DNA of 64,000 nt, taken from NCBI GenBank assembly GCA_041937175.2, contig CP166615.1, positions 352,001-416,000 of the forward strand, written 5' to 3'. This DNA comes from Limnothrix sp. BL-A-16 (GTDB lineage Bacteria; Cyanobacteriota; Cyanobacteriia; CACIAM-69d). The notes under the pieces are model-generated. The model saw nothing but the letters and a program-made list of their open reading frames with translations, was not told the DNA's origin and searched no databases. Positions 1 to 11,063 of the stretch are shown here, one piece after another (the first letter of the stretch is position 1; each line of letters starts with the position of its first letter). The translations under genes were made by a program, and so were the position numbers.

Positions 1-369
1 GGGAACTCGGGGGCTAATTTCGGTGGGGGGCAACGGGGGGTAGCGGTATACAACCCGCGGCCCCTGCACCACCTGCACCGCTTGGATGGCCGGGTCATCG
101 GCAATGATTGACCCGGCAAAGGCGTTGAATGCGGCGGTGTTGAGCCGCCCTTCGGTGGCAATGTAGGTGGCGAGGCTGTAGCCCAGCATGGCCCGCACCT
201 TCAGGTTGCTTTGAATTTGGGTTTCCAGGGCCGTCAGTTCCGCCGAAATGCGCGATCGCCGATCGTATAAACGGCGATCGCGATCGGCCTGATCAAATAG
301 CCAAGTGCCGGCCAAAATCGCAACAACAGTTCCGCTCGCAACGATCGTGGGTAGCCAAGGCATCTTCAT
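1..369 (-). CDS. N-terminal part (runs off window) of a membrane sensor protein, probably CHASE-domain
   Basis: Manual translation from ATG at 369 is open to the window edge: MKMPWLPTIVASGTVVAILAGTWLFDQADRDRR...IQAVQVVQGPRVVYRYP. N-terminal TM helix, helical segment and a V..YP motif resembling CHASE sensors. Confidence 0.6.
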   Translation of the reverse strand, partial: MKMPWLPTIVASGTVVAILAGTWLFDQADRDRRLYDRRSRISAELTALETQIQSNLKVRAMLGYSLATYIATEGRLNTAAFNAFAGSIIADDPAIQAVQVVQGPRVVYRYPPLPPTEISPRVP

Positions 370-465
370 AGACAAAACCAAATAAGCACAAAGCGACTGG
401 GCCGCCGCGTGATTGTTGGGGCTTCGGGGTGGGTGGTGACCTCCCGACAGACAGTTGGCAGGTGA

Positions 466-687
466 GCGATCAACTGGGCGATCGATGGCAATCAACGGAG
501 ATCGCCATTCGATCGACGAGCAATTGACAGGCAATCAACGGGGAATTGATAGGCATCAATGGGGGATCAACAGGTGATTGACCGGTCGTCAACAGGTCAT
601 GAACAGGCAATTAACACACAGGCGATTAACAGGCCATTAAGAGGCAGTCAATAGGCAACCCATCGGCAACCCATCGGCAATCAACAG
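466..687. repeat. Degenerate 11-bp tandem array, consensus GCAATCAACAG, about 20 units
   Basis: Units include gcaattgacag/gcaatcaacgg/ggaattgatag/gggatcaacag/gtcgtcaacag/gtcatgaacag/gcgattaacag/gcaacccatcg x2/gcaatcaacag. Confidence 0.85.
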
Positions 688-1418
688 AAGAAATCTGGGC
701 TATTCATCACCGAGGCAGATCGGATGCCATGCTGTGATCAAAGTGATGGAATAACCAAGATCTTTGGAGGAATATCTTTGCTCAAGGGTATTCATTCAAA
801 GATATTTGCCCCTTCATGCCTGGTGTTGAACAAGGTCACATTTTAGGTGATGAATGAGAATTGCACCCTTTCATATCTCGCTTGAGGTCTGGATCAAGGG
901 GCTGGCGGCCGCTGGGCCGACGGTCGATCGAGCCGGTTTGGCTCCGTGGCCCCTGCGATCGGTGCTCGGGCAAGCTAATCAATCAGTGGCTGAGTGGGCG
1001 ATCGGGATTGGGCCATTGCCACGGGATGCGGTTAGGAAGTGGGTTTTGAAGGGGATTGGAAAAGGAATTTTGAAAAAAGCAACAAAATGCCTTTAAAAAA
1101 TGACTGAAGAAAATGACTAGAAAAAATGACCCAAGAGCCGGTCAGCAAAATCACTTGAAAAGTGGTTCTAAAATACTTCAGAAATGGCTAAACAATGCTG
1201 GTGCTTGTCCAAAAGTTCCATGGGAGACTGGGATAGCTTGAGCTAAGAGAGCCTGAACGGGATGGATCGAGATTGACCGATCCCACACCACTTTTACCCG
1301 CACCATTTTCAAAACCTGCCGACCGAGTGATGCGAGCCTTTTTCCATTTTTGGGCTGATGGGGCCGGTTCAACCTTGCTCTCCCAGATCTGGAGAAAGCA
1401 GGGGTTGCAGCGAGCATT

Positions 1419-3425
1419 CTAAGGGGTTTTGTTGAGATCATCTGGCTGCAAAGGTAACAGCACTTGATAGATATTTGTGGCCCGTTCTCGCCCCTTAAGG
1501 GTAACTGGGCCAATGAAGCGGGTGGGAAAGCGGTCGCGCACATGGCGATAGGTTTCTTCTTCAATGAAAATGCGACAAAGCCCCCCATCAAAGGATTTGT
1601 CATAACTTTCCAATCGGGCGGCTATGTTCACCGTGTCCCCAATCACGGTGTATTCCAACCGGCGGACATTGCCAATGCAACCACTCATGACGGGGCCCGA
1701 GGCGATGCCAATCCGGATGGCGGCGGTGGGGCGGCCCCGATCGCGCCACTGTTGGTTTAAGCGCTGGAGCCGTTGACCCATCTCCACGGCACAGGTGACG
1801 GCGGCGATCGCATCGTCCCCCACTTGGTGATCGCGCGACTGGGGAACCGGTACGCCAAACAGGGCCATGATTGCGTCGCCAATGAACTTGTTCACGATGC
1901 CGTTGCGATCGAGCACGCTTTGGGTCATGGACTGCATATATTCATTCAGCCAGGGAAAGATAATTTCCGGTGGGTTGGATTCCGCGATCGACGTGAACCC
2001 CACCAAATCCGCAAACATGACCGTGGCTGGCAAAATTTGCCCAATGAATTCCCCGCGCCGCACAATTTGGTGGCGGCTTTGCCAAATCACCTGGGCCACC
2101 TGCGGTGTAACGTAGCGCTCAAACAGCTCGGTGATGGTTTGTCGATCGCGCCGTTCCTTGGCCGCCAACCCCAATGAGGCCCCAAAGGAACCGCCCACCA
2201 GCCCCAAAACCGGCGGCACGAGGGGAATCCAAACCATCCACTGCAATGCTTGCCAAGCGGCCGCCAGAATGGCCACGATGCCCAAGGCCGTCATGGCAAA
2301 CAGCAGCAACGGTTGGCGCAGGGTCCAGCCCAGCAATGTGCCCCCCACAGTCCAAAGCACAATCCAGCCCATTTCCCAGGAGTCGCTCCAAACCTGAAGG
2401 AGGGGCCAGCCGTCGATCGCCGCCGACAGCAGTTGACTGGCGATCGTGGCATGGATTTCCACGCCGGAGGTGAGTTGTGGGCCCTGGTCTGTGTCGCTGT
2501 AGGGGGTATAGAACCGATCGCCCAGACTTTCCGCCGTGACCCCCACTAACACCAGTCGATCGTAGAGCGCATCCAAGGGCACTCGTCGATTCAACACGTC
2601 ATTGGCGGAATAGATCTGGAACCCGCAATTGAGCTGGCTGTCGGTGGGACAGGCCAAGCCGCGATAGTCCAACAGCAGTTGATAGCCATCATCGATCGCC
2701 CCCACATAGGCCCCGTCATTGCCCTGAAAGGGGGTGATGGTGGCGCGACCCAGTTGATAGATACCCGCTTCTTCATCGAGGGCCTCCAACGTGATCGGGT
2801 TGGGTTGGCGCTCCAGATAGTTCAGCGCCAATTGGGTTCCCAAACCAAAGACCGCTTGATCCTGCTGGTCAGCCAAAGACAAGATGGCCCGCCGGACTTT
2901 GCGATCGGGATCCAGCAGCAAATCCGACGCGGCGATCGCCCCTGGTTTGTCAACCAGGGCCGGTGGCGGCGCGATGCCCTCGCCACTGACCTTGCGGATC
3001 CCCACCAGGCGATCGGACTGGCGCAGCAACTTTTCCAGGCGATCGTTGCCCGGAGGCATGGGAAAATCCCGAACCAAGTCCAGCCCAATCATCCGGGGTT
3101 CATACTCTTCCAGGGTTTCTAGCAAGTCTGCCAACTTTTCATCGGAAAGGGGCCATTGCCGAAACAGTCGCAAGTCCGTTTCCGTCACCACCACTAACGC
3201 CACCCGTTGCTCCAAACGGGCCGGCCGCCACCGCACCAGCAAATCAAACGCGGCCCACTCTGTCCCCTGCATCCAGCCCAACCCCCGCACCGTCACCACC
3301 ACCACCGCCACCAACAGGGCGATCGCTGTCCCATCGCGCCAAGACAACAACACTGACCCGGCCCATAACCGATTCAGGAGGCGAATCCATTTCGTAATGG
3401 TTTTAAGCAAGGGTTGAGCCAACAT
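1419..3425 (-). CDS. CHASE2-domain class III adenylate/guanylate cyclase
   Basis: CHASE2 motifs (WPLSD..LA, IGLDL, D.D..VRR, GVEIHA), three TM helices, then cyclase motifs FADLVGFT, NKFIGDAIMA, EYTVIGDTVNIAARLES. Confidence 0.93.
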   Translation of the reverse strand: MLAQPLLKTITKWIRLLNRLWAGSVLLSWRDGTAIALLVAVVVVTVRGLGWMQGTEWAAFDLLVRWRPARLEQRVALVVVTETDLRLFRQWPLSDEKLADLLETLEEYEPRMIGLDLVRDFPMPPGNDRLEKLLRQSDRLVGIRKVSGEGIAPPPALVDKPGAIAASDLLLDPDRKVRRAILSLADQQDQAVFGLGTQLALNYLERQPNPITLEALDEEAGIYQLGRATITPFQGNDGAYVGAIDDGYQLLLDYRGLACPTDSQLNCGFQIYSANDVLNRRVPLDALYDRLVLVGVTAESLGDRFYTPYSDTDQGPQLTSGVEIHATIASQLLSAAIDGWPLLQVWSDSWEMGWIVLWTVGGTLLGWTLRQPLLLFAMTALGIVAILAAAWQALQWMVWIPLVPPVLGLVGGSFGASLGLAAKERRDRQTITELFERYVTPQVAQVIWQSRHQIVRRGEFIGQILPATVMFADLVGFTSIAESNPPEIIFPWLNEYMQSMTQSVLDRNGIVNKFIGDAIMALFGVPVPQSRDHQVGDDAIAAVTCAVEMGQRLQRLNQQWRDRGRPTAAIRIGIASGPVMSGCIGNVRRLEYTVIGDTVNIAARLESYDKSFDGGLCRIFIEEETYRHVRDRFPTRFIGPVTLKGRERATNIYQVLLPLQPDDLNKTP

Positions 3426-3500
3426 GGAACGCAGGCGACGGTGGGCGTATGGTCATTGAGGATGGCCGGGCCAGTCAGGTGCTAAATCATTGCCTCGTTG

Positions 3501-3580
3501 ATCCGCTTAGATCTCCTTGAAGCTTCTCGGATCTCCTCGAATCTCTTTGAATCTCCTTGAATCTCCTTAGATCTACTCAG
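3501..3580. repeat. Degenerate 10-bp tandem array, consensus ATCTCCTTGA, 8 units
   Basis: atccgcttag atctccttga agcttctcgg atctcctcga atctctttga atctccttga atctccttag atctactcag. Confidence 0.85.
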
Positions 3581-3998
3581 ATCGCTGGATTGCTATGAAT
3601 TGATGATGCTTGAGATCGGGAATTGAGTGAGAGTCGCCGCGATCACCCCCTACCTTAGCCTTGAATCCTCAGAATCGCTGATTCTGGAACATTTGTAGCC
3701 TGCTGGGCTGGAGAATGAGCAAGATCCCCGAATCAGAACAAAGAGGCGTTGCGGGCCAAGGCGGCGGCTGGCTCGTCAAAATTGATACTTGAATTGTCCC
3801 CTCTTCACCCCCTGGCCCCGTCACGATCGGGATCAGGTCGATGTTTGGTTGGCCTCGGGTTAAGGCTTAGCAAATCCCGATCGACCCGTTTCAGGCATTC
3901 TCTAAGGCTTTCGCCCTCTTCCTAACCCTGGACAAGCCTCCCCCAAAGCCGGACAATCTGAGGCGGTCTTTTTGCGATCGCCCGTTCGATCACCCGCC

Positions 3999-4973
3999 AT
4001 GAGTCAAGCATCTACACAACCCAACACCCAACCCAAATTGATCATCCACGGCGGTGCGGGCAGCTCGCTCCAGGGCAAAGGGGGCGTGGCTGCTGTGCGC
4101 GCGCTGCTGTCCGGCATTGTGGAACAGGTCTATCAGCGCCTGTTGGCCGGGGCCAGTGCCCAGGAGGCGGTGGTGCTGGGTTGTCGGTTACTAGAAGATG
4201 AGCCGCGCTTCAATGCGGGTACGGGGTCGGTGTTGCAGTCCGATGGGCAAATTCGCATGAGCGCGTCCCTGATGGATGGCAGCGCCCAACGGTTCAGTGG
4301 CACGATCAATGTGTCTCGAATCCAAAACCCGATCGACCTGGCGGCCTTTTTGCAAACCCAGAGCGATCGGGTGTTGTCGGATGTGGGGTCGGCGGAGTTG
4401 GCGCGAGAACTGGCCCTGCCGATTTATAACCCGCTAACGGATTTGCGGCTGAACGAGTGGATCGAGGAGCGCAAGGACAATTTCAGCAAGCGATCGATGG
4501 CTTCCACGATCGCCGAGGTTGAGGCCGGTGCTCGATCGGACTCGGCGGGCCGCGGCACGATCGGGGTGGTAGCGCTGGATCAACAGGGGCGTGTGGCCGC
4601 TGGCACTTCCACCGGGGGCAAAGGCTTTGAGCGCATTGGCCGGGTCAGCGACTCCGCCACCCCAGCGGGTAACTATGCCACGGCCCGCGCGGGCGTGAGC
4701 TGCACCGGCATTGGCGAGGACATTTTGGACGAATGCTTGGCGGCCAAGATTGTGATCCGGGTGGATGACGGCTTGGGCTTGGCGGCGGCCTTTGAGAAGT
4801 CGATGGCGGAGGCGGCCGGCCGGGGTCGCGATTTGGGGGCGATCGGGCTGGATGCCACCGGGGCGATCGCCTGGGGCAAAACCAGTGAAGTCTTGCTGGC
4901 GGCCTACCACAACGGCACGACATTGGGCGATACGCTGGAGTTGCCCGACGGGTTGCAAGTGGGCAGTTGCTAG
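3999..4973 (+). CDS. iaaA: Isoaspartyl peptidase / plant-type L-asparaginase (Ntn hydrolase)
   Basis: IIHGGAG, FNAGTGS, catalytic GTIG, TSTGG, GRVSDS, SCTGIGE motifs; ATG at 3999 chosen as start. Confidence 0.9.
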   Translation: MSQASTQPNTQPKLIIHGGAGSSLQGKGGVAAVRALLSGIVEQVYQRLLAGASAQEAVVLGCRLLEDEPRFNAGTGSVLQSDGQIRMSASLMDGSAQRFSGTINVSRIQNPIDLAAFLQTQSDRVLSDVGSAELARELALPIYNPLTDLRLNEWIEERKDNFSKRSMASTIAEVEAGARSDSAGRGTIGVVALDQQGRVAAGTSTGGKGFERIGRVSDSATPAGNYATARAGVSCTGIGEDILDECLAAKIVIRVDDGLGLAAAFEKSMAEAAGRGRDLGAIGLDATGAIAWGKTSEVLLAAYHNGTTLGDTLELPDGLQVGSC

Positions 4974-5043
4974 GGGGCGATCGGCCTTGGGGTGGCTCGC
5001 TGGACCGGTTAAGATTGACTTAGCCAAACCGTGCCGCGCCCCC

Positions 5044-5595
5044 ATGATTGCCGTTCCTAATTACATCAGCCCTGCGGATTATTTAGAACTAGAACAAGCC
5101 AGCCCCCACCGCCACGAATATCGGCAGGGGCTGGTTTATGCGATGGCGGGCGGCACGGATAACCATGATCGAATTGCCCTAAACCTGTTGACCCTCATTA
5201 ATTTGCACTTGGGCAATTCAGATTGTCGGTTTCATTCGGGAAATGTCAAGGTTGCCTACCAAGATCAGTTCTATTACTATCCCGATCTTTTTGTTACCTG
5301 TGACCCGCGCGATCGTATGGATCGACAGGTCAAACGCTATCCCAAACTGATTGGAGAAGTGCTTTCGCCCAGTACCCAATTTTTCGATCGCACCCAAAAG
5401 TTTGAGGACTACCAAAAACTGGATTCGTTAATGGAATATCTGTTAATTGCACAGGATCAACCCCTGGTCAGTTGTTATCGCCGCCAAGCCGATAGTTCTT
5501 GGGCCTTAACGGTTTATCAAACGGGCGATCAAGTGATGTTAACCAGTTTGGATCTGGAGTTTCCAATTAACGCTCTGTATCAAGGATTGGATTAG
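5044..5595 (+). CDS. Uma2 family (DUF820) putative endonuclease
   Basis: DYLELE..RHEY..G.VYAMAGGT..H, YYPD, EVLSPST...DR..KF..Y; start at ATG 5044. Confidence 0.9.
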   Translation: MIAVPNYISPADYLELEQASPHRHEYRQGLVYAMAGGTDNHDRIALNLLTLINLHLGNSDCRFHSGNVKVAYQDQFYYYPDLFVTCDPRDRMDRQVKRYPKLIGEVLSPSTQFFDRTQKFEDYQKLDSLMEYLLIAQDQPLVSCYRRQADSSWALTVYQTGDQVMLTSLDLEFPINALYQGLD

Positions 5596-5605
5596 CCGCT
5601 CAATA

Positions 5606-7033
5606 TTATTTGCCAATACAAAACCGGCTGAAAATTCGATCGAGCACGGATTCTGTGACCTCTTCGCCAGTGATTTCCCCCAGGGCTTGAATCGCGTCCC
5701 GCAGGTCGATCGTCCAGAAGTCTAGGGGCAATGGTTGGGCCATGGTTTCGCAGACTCGCCCGATCGCCTGCTGGGCCCGTAACAGGGCCGCCGCCTGCCG
5801 CTGATTAATTGCCACATCCAAATCCGCCGCCTGCACCCGGCCCGATCGGGCAATTTGCAAAATCGCCTGCTCCAAATCGTCAATGCCGCGCCCTTCCGCC
5901 GCCGCCGTGTAAACCACCTGGGCAAAATCCTGGGGCAACAGAGACGAAATCGTTTCCGGAGCCACCAGATCAATTTTGTTCACCACCAAAATGGTTGGCG
6001 GCAAGGGCCGATCGGGATTGGTGGCGCGGATTTGTTCATAGATGGCTCGATCGCCCCCCGTCCAGCCCCGGGGTGCTTCGATCACCAACAGCAGCAGGTC
6101 TGCCGATCGGGCTGCGGCCCGCGATCGCTCCACCCCAATTTTTTCCACCAGGTCATCGGTTTCCCGAATTCCCGCCGTATCCAGCACTTGGATCGGGATG
6201 CCGCCCACCACCAGCCGCGATTCCACCACGTCCCGCGTGGTTCCCGGCAACTCCGTGACGATCGCCCGATCGCTCCGGCTCCAGGCATTCAACAGGCTCG
6301 ATTTGCCCGCATTCGGCCGCCCGACGATCGCCACCTTCAACCCGCTACGAAGTAATTCGCCCCGATCGGCCGTGGCCAACCAGCGATCGATCTGGCTGGC
6401 GATGGTTTGCAAGGCCGTCGTAACTGCTGGCAAATCCAGCGGCGGCAAATCATCCTCAAAGTCAATGCGGGCCTCAATTTCCGCCAACCAGTCCATGCAG
6501 CTCGATCGCAAATCGCGGATCGGTCGGGCCAGCTTCCCTTGCACCCCCGCCAAGGCCGCCTGGGCCGCCTGGGGCGACTGGGCCCCCACCAAGTCCGCCA
6601 CGCTTTCCGCCTGGGTCAGGTCAATCCGCCCATTCAAAAACGCCCGCAGGGTAAATTCCCCCGGTTGCCCCAGACGCGCCCCCTGCTGCAAACAGAGCTG
6701 TAGCGTTTGTTGCACCACCATCATTCCCCCGTGGCAGTGGAGTTCCACCACGTCCTCGCGGGTGTAGGTGCGCGGAGCCGCCATCAACAACAGCAGTGCT
6801 TCGTCAACGGTTTCGCCCGTTTGGGGATTGTGCAAATAGCCATACAAAATTCGGTGGCTTTCCCAGGGTTGGGAGCCGGGGGCCCGAAAAATTCGCCGGG
6901 CGATCGCCCAGGCCTCGGGCCCTGACATCCGCACAATGCCAACGCTGCCCTGTTGCGGCACAATCGCCGTGGCGATCGCGGCGATCGTGTCTTGCTTTGT
7001 GGCCGATGCACCCATAGGTTCGGTCTGTTGCAA
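5606..7033 (-). CDS. mnmE: tRNA modification GTPase MnmE
   Basis: [47 protein letters not shown]-terminal FCIGK. Confidence 0.97.
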   Translation of the reverse strand: MQQTEPMGASATKQDTIAAIATAIVPQQGSVGIVRMSGPEAWAIARRIFRAPGSQPWESHRILYGYLHNPQTGETVDEALLLLMAAPRTYTREDVVELHCHGGMMVVQQTLQLCLQQGARLGQPGEFTLRAFLNGRIDLTQAESVADLVGAQSPQAAQAALAGVQGKLARPIRDLRSSCMDWLAEIEARIDFEDDLPPLDLPAVTTALQTIASQIDRWLATADRGELLRSGLKVAIVGRPNAGKSSLLNAWSRSDRAIVTELPGTTRDVVESRLVVGGIPIQVLDTAGIRETDDLVEKIGVERSRAAARSADLLLLVIEAPRGWTGGDRAIYEQIRATNPDRPLPPTILVVNKIDLVAPETISSLLPQDFAQVVYTAAAEGRGIDDLEQAILQIARSGRVQAADLDVAINQRQAAALLRAQQAIGRVCETMAQPLPLDFWTIDLRDAIQALGEITGEEVTESVLDRIFSRFCIGK

Positions 7034-7112
7034 TCCTCTGCAATGGTTCTGTTTTCAGGAATCAGGGGACTGATCTTGGGCATCGATTAGCCCAAATTAG
7101 CCCATGGGTTTA

Positions 7113-7276
7113 GAGGATGTCTGAGGAGTAACTCGGGATCCTGGCAAAGCACTCGTAGTCCCGGGGGCAAGGGGCTTAAGCCCCTTGTCTTTGTTGATCG
7201 GTGAGACGTTGATCGGTGAATCGACGTTGATCGGTGAGACCTGAAACGTAGCAGTTGGGGCTTGGCAGGCATCCTC
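7113..7276. mobile_element. MITE family A copy with 33 bp of internal tandem duplication
   Basis: Ends GAGGATGTCTGA...GCAGGCATCCTC, flanks TTA/TCA, central palindrome at 7168-7187, internal gttgatcggtga x3. Confidence 0.8.
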
Positions 7277-7312
7277 TCAGAAAACTCATTCAGGGGCTGA
7301 ATGATGAAGACA

Positions 7313-7990
7313 TTAACTCTCAGGAGTTGAATTCTCAGGAGTTGAATTCTCAGGAGTTGAATTTGAGGGCGTGGGGATCACTGCTGCCTGTTCCAAAGCT
7401 AGCTTTTGGGTCAATTGGGCCCGCAGGGTTTCGATGCGCTGGCGATTGAGTCCCAAGTCTGATTCTCCCAATCGCGAAGCCGATCGTACCTGAATTTGAT
7501 TCGTTTCTCCATCTAGCAAAAATTCCACATCATCCACAAACCCCAGCAATGGCGTGGCGAATTCCGCGTAGAGATAATCGGGCGATTCAGTAATGATGGT
7601 GGTGCGTTCCGCCGCTTTCACCAACTCGGTCAGGGCCGCAAAAACGTGATCAGCGTCGCCCATCACCGGAAGCGGGGCGATCGTATGTTGCAAATCCGTG
7701 ATTGGGGTTTGGCTGCTGACGCAATTGGGACGGCTAGGGCAGGGGCGAAGCTGACCCGCCACCGGGCCCAAGTTTTCGGGGCGATTGCCCGCAAATAAAT
7801 TGCCAAAAACAGAACCCATGACCGGCCCGGGTGCAGCCCAGGCCGTGGTTGCCGGTAGCCACAGCAGCAGGGCCGCCACCCAAGCCAACCAGCCGGGGGC
7901 GTTACCGTTGCCCGATCGCAGCGAATGGCTTTGGGTTCTGAACTGAGTTTGATCTTGTGGTTTCCCCATCACCCCACCCATAGGTTGCAT
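7313..7990 (-). CDS. DUF1499 family protein (start uncertain)
   Basis: CPSRPNCVSSQ, YLYAEF...LGFVDDVEF, VRSASRLGESDLG.NR.RIE; C-terminal NSTPE x3 from a 15-bp tandem repeat. Confidence 0.85.
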   Translation of the reverse strand: MQPMGGVMGKPQDQTQFRTQSHSLRSGNGNAPGWLAWVAALLLWLPATTAWAAPGPVMGSVFGNLFAGNRPENLGPVAGQLRPCPSRPNCVSSQTPITDLQHTIAPLPVMGDADHVFAALTELVKAAERTTIITESPDYLYAEFATPLLGFVDDVEFLLDGETNQIQVRSASRLGESDLGLNRQRIETLRAQLTQKLALEQAAVIPTPSNSTPENSTPENSTPES

Positions 7991-8367
7991 CCGCCGTTTG
8001 TTAATTTTGGTTTTTGAATTGAATGACCTGAATTGAATGACCTGAATTGGACGAACTGAGCTAGATCGGCTCAATTTTCAGTCTAGTTGAGCTGAATTTG
8101 GGTCAAGTCAATTGGGCAAATCTTCAGACCAGCACTGTTGCAAAATCAGGGATGCATCTTCACGGAGCCAGCCCGACGCTGCGGAACGGATGCGTTCGAT
8201 CGATTTCCCTGGCCCTAGAGTAACGATTTCCCAAAAAGTTGGCTGGCTGGGTTCAGGGTTTGGGCAAAACCACGAGCGCAAAAAAGGGCGCGGTAGCTCC
8301 CACGCCCTGGCCCTTAAGTTGTCTTGGCTTGAATGGGATTCAAGTCCCGCTCGATCGAGCTGGGGAT

Positions 8368-8706
8368 TTAAGCGGCCGATTCCGCTTCAGCGGCGGCCTT
8401 CACCTTGCGGGGATCGAGCTTAATCGTCAGGTAGCGAATTACGTCTTCGCTGAGGCGCATGGCCTTTTCCATGGGGGCGATGTGGCTGCCGGTGGCGTGC
8501 TCGTAGTTCATTTGGATGTACACGCCTTCGCGGCAACGGTTGATTTCATAGGACAACCGGCGCTTGCCACGGTGTTGGATTTCAAGGCCGGTGGCTCCTT
8601 GCTCCGTCAGCATCGTCCGATATTTGTTGATGTTGGCATCCACGGCCTCTTCGTTGAGGTCGGGGCGCAGGATGTACATCGTTTCGTAGAGGCGATTTGC
8701 AGACAT
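8368..8706 (-). CDS. rpsF: 30S ribosomal protein S6
   Basis: [36 protein letters not shown] at 8706. Confidence 0.96.
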   Translation of the reverse strand: MSANRLYETMYILRPDLNEEAVDANINKYRTMLTEQGATGLEIQHRGKRRLSYEINRCREGVYIQMNYEHATGSHIAPMEKAMRLSEDVIRYLTIKLDPRKVKAAAEAESAA

Positions 8707-8879
8707 GGATGGGTAGTTCCTTGCGGACAATAGAATGGTCGATCGGGCTGACTGGGGGGCAATGCTGAGGGCCCCGCTGTTGCCGATCGACAAGGATTCA
8801 CGGGCTGTATATCATACCCCACCGAGGGGCTGCCCGATCGCCCCAATTCTCCCGATCGCCCCGATGCGATGGACAGCGA

Positions 8880-9353
8880 TTAGCGCACCTGCATATGCAC
8901 CGCTTCCGAGAGGCTGGGAATTTCTGCCAAGCGCCCCAAGGCTGATTGGACGATCGAGTAAATGGCCGCCACCACAACCCCCAAGAACACGGTGCTGGCT
9001 AGGGTTTGTACCACAAAGCCCCCGATCGGCTGGAAAACATACTGAATCACCAGCCCACAAAGGGACACCAAAATCGAAATCAGAATCGATTGCATGGTGT
9101 TGAAGCGAATGAAATAGCTGATGTTGCTGTTGCGAACCACCAACAGGAACAGCACCAAAAAGATGATGAAGCTCATGAAGGGAATTTGGTAAAGCTGAAT
9201 CAGGGGCAGCAGCGGCACATACAACACCGTCAAAAACGGCAGTTCCCGGAAGATGGAGCCACCAAAGCCCACCACATCCACCAGCGGCAGGGCATAGACC
9301 AAAGCACCAAACAGGCGATCGCGCCAAGTTGTCGTCGTTCCGCGCCAGTTCAC
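8880..9353 (-). CDS. Tic20 family membrane protein
   Basis: WRG...DRLFGALVYALPL, LVVRNSNISYFIRFNTMQSIL, EIPSLSEAVHMQVR; probable GTG start at 9353. Confidence 0.88.
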   Translation of the reverse strand: MNWRGTTTTWRDRLFGALVYALPLVDVVGFGGSIFRELPFLTVLYVPLLPLIQLYQIPFMSFIIFLVLFLLVVRNSNISYFIRFNTMQSILISILVSLCGLVIQYVFQPIGGFVVQTLASTVFLGVVVAAIYSIVQSALGRLAEIPSLSEAVHMQVR

Positions 9354-9464
9354 GATCGGCATCTCCCGAGAGCATTGAATTGATCTATTTTAGACGCTGG
9401 TTTAGGTTGGCTCTTGGGGCGATCGCCGCACCCGATCGCCCCGGATCATCCCCGGCTGGGTCTA

Positions 9465-9628
9465 GGGCTTGTCATCCAATGAAGTTGCTTGACGCTGAAA
9501 TGACTAATTGTCGCAGCTCAACCGCCCTTTGTCGCAGCTCAACCGCCCTAGACAAGGGGCTTAAGCCCCTTGCCCCCCCACGATCTCGTAACGCAAGGAT
9601 CAAGGTTTTAGGGATTTGATGACGGCCC
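9465..9628. mobile_element. MITE family B copy, inserted at the tgt stop codon
   Basis: Ends GGGCTTGTCATC...GATGACGGCCC, flanks CTA/CTA, central palindrome 9553-9572, internal 20-bp duplication; homologous to the reverse complement of 28930-29073. Confidence 0.8.
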
Positions 9629-10951
<1,323 letters not shown>

Positions 10952-11063
10952 TAAGTCCCTTATCCCTAAAATCTGGGTAGGTTGCTGAACTGAATTTTGG
11001 ATTTAGCTTTGGATGAATGGTTGGATTGAATTGAATTGGGAAAATTGAATTGAACTGGGGAAC

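Noticed and set aside
466..687. Possible CRISPR array
   Set aside because: Units are 11 bp, contiguous and degenerate with no unique spacers; no cas genes in the window.
854..1603. ORFs 854-1096, 861-1049 and 1178-1603
   Set aside because: No recognisable motif or RBS; 1178-1603 overlaps the cyclase 3' end out of frame.
4765..5043. N-terminal extension of the Uma2 ORF (similar extensions on rpsF, lptB and DUF389)
   Set aside because: These overlap neighbouring genes or promoters and lack family-like sequence; downstream starts fit better.
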